From a bacterium (GTDB lineage Bacteria > Patescibacteriota > Minisyncoccia > Phycocordibacterales > UBA5272): a stretch of DNA of 29,130 nucleotides. The DNA lies in assembly GCA_043775745.1 (NCBI GenBank), contig JAYVSD010000068.1, forward strand, positions 1 through 29,130, given 5' to 3'. The translations under genes were made by a program, and so were the position numbers. Each line of letters opens with the position of its first letter. Position 1 is the stretch's first letter. The notes below the pieces were generated by a model, which saw only the letters and a list, made by a program, of their open reading frames with translations, did no database searches and had not been told where the DNA came from. Positions 25,848 through 29,130 of this stretch are shown piece by piece.

Positions 25848-25864
25848 ATTATATATATGGTCGG
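25848..25864 (-). promoter_or_regulatory. CCGACC/-10 late promoter motif, leaderless, upstream of the portal
   Basis: CCGACC-ATATA-TATAAT-ACTTTT-ATG(25841). Confidence 0.7.
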
Positions 25865-25866
25865 TG

Positions 25867-27093
25867 TTACCTTGAATAATTGCCTGCTTGATTACTTCTA
25901 GCTTGCCTCCTTAAGTATTTATCAAGGCTAGATGTATCAGTGTCTATATTTAGATCCTCCATGGCATACCTGCTAGCGTCAATGCAATGATCGTTACCTC
26001 CCTCTGGGACCCCTGCTATTATCACTCCGTTTCTGTCTATTTTCCACATATACCTTTTATACTCATCTATTAGATTTATAGAGCTCTTTGTCATTGATAT
26101 CCTTTGTCCTTGTACCATGCTAATACCATGTCTTACAGAGTCAGGACCTTTCTTCGCACCTACTATAGCTACATCATATAAAGCTATCTCGTCTATAGAC
26201 TTTGGCTCGGAGGAGTCTGCTATCACTAACGCCTGCTGTTCTTGCCTCTTAATTATATCTGCTAATTGATTATTAAAAAATCCTTTTTTATAAAACACTT
26301 CATCTAATATAAAGCCCCCGTTATACCTATACACCGCTACTATCGCTGCGGGGTCGTTAGAATAGCCAAAATCTAGCCCATAACGCTCTAGTCTAGCTTC
26401 ATGTGGTATCTCGTCTATGATAGCCCAATCTTTAAATATACGCCTTTCTGCACTCGCTGGTTCGCCTAGCCATTTATGTTTATACAATGCTGGTCTTTTA
26501 TCTTTGTCATCCTCCATCTCTAGCTTTATAACTTCTGGCATCATATTATACTTCAAAGCTATTTCATAGTTTACATTGATTATTAGTGTATTGGGTCTAC
26601 CCTCTATTACTAATCTTTGGTGTACTGGATCATCCTCTAAAAGTCTATTGTATGTGTATATAATCTTTGATCCTTTCTTACGTACTGTTGGTGTTAGTGT
26701 CTCTATGGAGCTTTTACTTATAGACTGAGATTCTTCACACCAAACAATATCAAGCCCCTCTATAGACTTTATACTTTGCTCATTATGTTTTAATCCTTTG
26801 AATAGGAAATCAGATCCGTTTATCTTATTTACTATAGAGTTATTTGTTACTTCAAAATCATTTAATCCATATAACTTTATTAAATCTGCAAGTAGCTGGT
26901 GAGAGCTATCACCTATAGAGTTTTGGAATTCACGGAAGCAACCCACTCTTGTTTTCTTTTGCCTTGCCATTATAAGTAAATACCTTGCTACTGTGTGTGA
27001 CTTTAAACTGAAGCGACCCCCATATATAGCCGCTTCTCTCCAATCCTCATCAAATAGCTTTTTATATTCAATTGGTATCTCTATTGTTTTCAT
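25867..27093 (-). CDS. terL: Terminase large subunit, PBSX family
   Basis: YGGRFSLKSH (Walker A region), FREFQNSIGDS, IKSIEGLDIVWCEE (Walker B), TYN coupling motif, GLDFGYSNDP, ADSSEPKSI and NDHCIDASRYA. Confidence 0.95.
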   Translation of the reverse strand: MKTIEIPIEYKKLFDEDWREAAIYGGRFSLKSHTVARYLLIMARQKKTRVGCFREFQNSIGDSSHQLLADLIKLYGLNDFEVTNNSIVNKINGSDFLFKGLKHNEQSIKSIEGLDIVWCEESQSISKSSIETLTPTVRKKGSKIIYTYNRLLEDDPVHQRLVIEGRPNTLIINVNYEIALKYNMMPEVIKLEMEDDKDKRPALYKHKWLGEPASAERRIFKDWAIIDEIPHEARLERYGLDFGYSNDPAAIVAVYRYNGGFILDEVFYKKGFFNNQLADIIKRQEQQALVIADSSEPKSIDEIALYDVAIVGAKKGPDSVRHGISMVQGQRISMTKSSINLIDEYKRYMWKIDRNGVIIAGVPEGGNDHCIDASRYAMEDLNIDTDTSSLDKYLRRQARSNQAGNYSR

Positions 27094-27379
27094 CTATAAA
27101 TTTAACAAGTACTGGTTGTAAAGTTTCTCCGTTACTTGTGATATCGGTATCTTGTTTAGCTTTACCTTCTGCCATTTGCCATATTATGTCCTTATCCATA
27201 CCCTCTAACCACTCATCTCTTTCTTCATCTGTCATCCTCTCCAAAAACTGTCTCACATAGTCTTTCATGGTCTTTCCTTTAGGTCTACCCATGATATTAC
27301 CAGACTGTCCTTTCTTCCACATATAGGGTCTTATGTAATCTACCTTGCTTTTAGGTTGTATTTCAGTGTCTTCTTGCAT
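27068..27379 (-). CDS. terS: Terminase small subunit (DUF5681-like N-terminus); start corrected from 27418 to 27379
   Basis: WKKGQSGN..GRPKG motif, C-terminal EGKAKQDTDITSNG, overlap with terL, and TATAAT-AAATAT-ATG at 27391-27377. Confidence 0.75.
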   Translation of the reverse strand: MQEDTEIQPKSKVDYIRPYMWKKGQSGNIMGRPKGKTMKDYVRQFLERMTDEERDEWLEGMDKDIIWQMAEGKAKQDTDITSNGETLQPVLVKFIDENNRDTN

Positions 27380-27385
27380 ATATTT

Positions 27386-27391
27386 ATTATA
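27386..27391 (-). promoter_or_regulatory. -10 box for a leaderless terS transcript
   Basis: TATAAT 6 nt upstream of ATG(27379). Confidence 0.5.
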
Positions 27392-27713
27392 CAATAGTAT
27401 TATTATTTTGTAAATCAAATGTCTTCATTGTCCATATGTAATTCACTTCTCCTAGTGGTATACCTAGCTCTTTCGCTACCTCTCCTGTATTATACCCTTG
27501 CTTTTTACGTAATGCTATAACCTGCTTTGCTATTTCTATTTTCCTATATTCTGGCAATATTATTTTTTCATTCTTTGTAGAATATATATTATCCCACACG
27601 GTACTCTTTGCTATATTAAATATGCTTGATATTTGTCGATTACTATACCCTTGGCTTTTTAACAGCCTCATACTTGCTAAATCTTCTTCAAGAATACTTA
27701 ATTTTGTTCTCAT
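27387..27713 (-). CDS. Tandem helix-turn-helix DNA-binding protein
   Basis: Two HTH motifs: GYSNRQISSIFNIAKSTVWDNI and GYNTGEVAKELGIPLGEVNYIW. Confidence 0.75.
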   Translation of the reverse strand: MRTKLSILEEDLASMRLLKSQGYSNRQISSIFNIAKSTVWDNIYSTKNEKIILPEYRKIEIAKQVIALRKKQGYNTGEVAKELGIPLGEVNYIWTMKTFDLQNNNTIV

Positions 27714-27729
27714 TTGCTATATGCAATAT

Positions 27730-27738
27730 ATTATACCA
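27730..27738 (-). promoter_or_regulatory. Extended -10 promoter (TGnTATAAT) for the HTH gene
   Basis: Minus strand TGGTATAAT, 16 nt upstream of ATG(27713). Confidence 0.55.
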
Positions 27739-27769
27739 CTTTACAAAGATAATATATATTATTTACTGC

Positions 27770-28138
27770 TTAAAGTGTGGATAACCTGCTTGCTATTAAG
27801 TTCTCTATCTGCACCTTATGTCTTTCTTCTTCCTTTGCCTTATAATCTGCTAGTCTTTGTTTACGTATTCTCTTAGTGTGTGCACCACCATTTATAAATA
27901 TATGTATTATATCTAAATAACTACTAGATAAACAACTTGTAATATCATTATTAGCTTTTATGTGTGCCCATGCTAGCTCTATTTGGTCTAAATTTGGCTT
28001 GTATAGCTTTCTTTCTTTCTTAGTTATAGTATTCTCTGTTTTTATCTTCCCATTGTCTCTGTAATAGCGAATTTCTGTGCTGGTGGGGTTTCTATCTAAG
28101 TTATTTCTTAGTAGTCTACTGATTTCTTTTATTTTCAT
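27770..28138 (-). CDS. Hypothetical basic protein
   Basis: 122 aa, K/R-rich. Confidence 0.7.
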   Translation of the reverse strand: MKIKEISRLLRNNLDRNPTSTEIRYYRDNGKIKTENTITKKERKLYKPNLDQIELAWAHIKANNDITSCLSSSYLDIIHIFINGGAHTKRIRKQRLADYKAKEEERHKVQIENLIASRLSTL

Positions 28139-28150
28139 GTTATTGTTATT

Positions 28151-28663
28151 TTAACTTCGCATTGTCATTATTAAGATAGTACATTGATCACTTTTAAATA
28201 TTAATGGTTTATTTTCTTTATATGTAATGATAATATCATTAGCAAGTATAGCTTGAAATAATTCTACCGCCTGTATCAAGCTGTCTTTGTTAAAATTTTT
28301 ATCAAAGTATTTTATGGTAGATGTGCCAGCTATATTTTCCATAGCACAAGTAGTAACATAGTTATTTAGCTTCTCGACAGTTGTATTTTCAGTCTCGGTA
28401 GCTTCGCTAATAGGATAAAATATTTGTTTATAATCGGGATAGCTTCCGTCTATCTTTTGCAAAGTATCAAGATTATAGATACCTGTTTCCATCCCAGTTA
28501 TATATGATAATTCTACAAGTTTATGTGAGTCAGTAGCTACGATAACCCCCTTTTCTTTATCAATATATATTCCAGATATTTCAGGTTTGATATCATTACC
28601 ATAAGTAAAAGCTTTTATTCTTTTGATTATATTCTTTTGATTATATTTTTTTATTATTTTCAT
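28151..28663 (-). CDS. Half-size DNA polymerase III beta-clamp-like protein
   Basis: KPEISGIYI...IVATDSHKL (DnaN ATDGHRL motif) and C-terminal FN..SL...P.IF....ILIMTMR (DnaN YLIMPMR-like end); only 170 aa. Confidence 0.65.
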   Translation of the reverse strand: MKIIKKYNQKNIIKRIKAFTYGNDIKPEISGIYIDKEKGVIVATDSHKLVELSYITGMETGIYNLDTLQKIDGSYPDYKQIFYPISEATETENTTVEKLNNYVTTCAMENIAGTSTIKYFDKNFNKDSLIQAVELFQAILANDIIITYKENKPLIFKSDQCTILIMTMRS

Positions 28664-28670
28664 ATTAGTG

Positions 28671-28832
28671 TTATTTTAATCTTTTAACTTTTATGTAAAA
28701 GTCTCCTTCTATAATTTTAAAATCCCATAGATGTTTTACATCACAATCACAACATATGTGTGTTAGATTGTGCATTTTTCTTTTATACCATTTACCATCT
28801 ATTGCTTTATTTATAACTCCTTTATTTCTCAT
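28671..28832 (-). CDS. 53-aa hypothetical protein with CCDC..H motif (not in the ORF track)
   Basis: Read manually: MRNKGVINKAIDGKWYKRKMHNLTHICCDCDVKHLWDFKIIEGDFYIKVKRLK*; fills the intergenic gap. Confidence 0.65.
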   Translation of the reverse strand: MRNKGVINKAIDGKWYKRKMHNLTHICCDCDVKHLWDFKIIEGDFYIKVKRLK

Positions 28833-28854
28833 ATTGTTGTGTCATATATTTATT

Positions 28855-29130
28855 TTATTTATTGTGATTTTTAATGTGTTCGCCCCATGTTGCTGAATGT
28901 TTACCATATTGTAAACCCTTACTAAGATTATCCATAAAATCTCCGAATGGTACAGACATATCACAAAATACACACTCGGATACTTTTACTTTCTTGTCTT
29001 CTTTTAAAAAGTCCTCTACTATTGTGCCAACCTGTGTGTCGTAACTATAATCATTTATCATCTCTCCATGTTTCAAAACTTTACCACACCCTAAATAGTA
29101 TTTATGTGCATATTCTGCAAATTCTTCTAA
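28855..29130 (-). CDS. Hypothetical protein, 5' end outside the window
   Basis: The frame stays open from 29130 (LEEFAEYAHKYYLGCGKVLKHGEMINDY...), so the track's 29076 start is probably internal; CxxC...H..H motifs. Confidence 0.65.
   Translation of the reverse strand, partial: LEEFAEYAHKYYLGCGKVLKHGEMINDYSYDTQVGTIVEDFLKEDKKVKVSECVFCDMSVPFGDFMDNLSKGLQYGKHSATWGEHIKNHNK

Larger units (their letters stand above)
629..29130 (-). mobile_element. Tailed phage genome segment (packaging, head, tail, ejection and lysis modules), podovirus-like
   Basis: Co-oriented terS-terL-portal-scaffold-capsid-adaptor-nozzle-ejection-fibre-lysis gene order. No tape-measure or sheath-like gene and no integrase in the window, so free phage versus prophage cannot be decided. 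Confidence 0.93.

Noticed and set aside
27380-27418. N-terminal extension MIYKIIILLYNKY on terS in the ORF track
   Set aside because: It overlaps the HTH gene end and the -10 box; ATG 27379 fits the TATAAT-N6-ATG pattern.
629-29130. Possible alternative genetic code (TGA or TAG recoding as in some CPR or gut phages)
   Set aside because: ORFs tile fully in code 11. TGA ends genes in ATGA overlaps (16501, 19500) and TAG ends genes at 11388, 15103, 21928 and 23488.
1-29130. CRISPR array, tRNA, rRNA, integrase, reverse transcriptase or DGR
   Set aside because: No regularly spaced repeats, cloverleaf or relevant protein motifs seen by eye. The fibre repeats differ at mixed positions rather than adenine-specifically. 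A tRNAscan or CRISPR-finder run would be needed to exclude these formally.

Overview
A 29.1-kb, AT-rich segment of a tailed dsDNA phage (or prophage), most likely podovirus-type, with almost all genes on the minus strand. In transcription order (right to left) it carries: small early or middle genes (including a half-size beta-clamp-like protein and a tandem-HTH protein); terS, a PBSX-type terL, portal, scaffold and major capsid protein; a roughly 6.8-kb block of 11 genes dominated by glycosyltransferases (GT4-like, two GT11, two GT2, GT17), a DUF3431-like protein and two SAM methyltransferases; head-tail adaptor and tail nozzle; two ejection-type proteins (the second with a C-terminal ADP-ribosyltransferase-like domain); a 1390-aa collagen/tail-fibre fusion; and a lysis region ending in an apparent holin-cysteine-peptidase endolysin fusion. 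The main observations are: (1) the glycosylation block is inserted between the capsid and adaptor genes and has its own transcription signals; (2) six copies of a CCGACC-N4/5-TATA(A/C/T)T motif occur, five placing the -10 box 6-8 nt before an ATG, which suggests a leaderless late regulon; (3) a 27-aa antisense membrane ORF lies next to the ejection gene; (4) the leftmost 550 bp differ in GC content and use Shine-Dalgarno sites. The main phage genes show no obvious SD sites, and a Patescibacteria/CPR-like host is an inference only. All product calls come from recognising motifs by eye; no database search or folding was run. No integrase, tRNA, rRNA or CRISPR array was seen.
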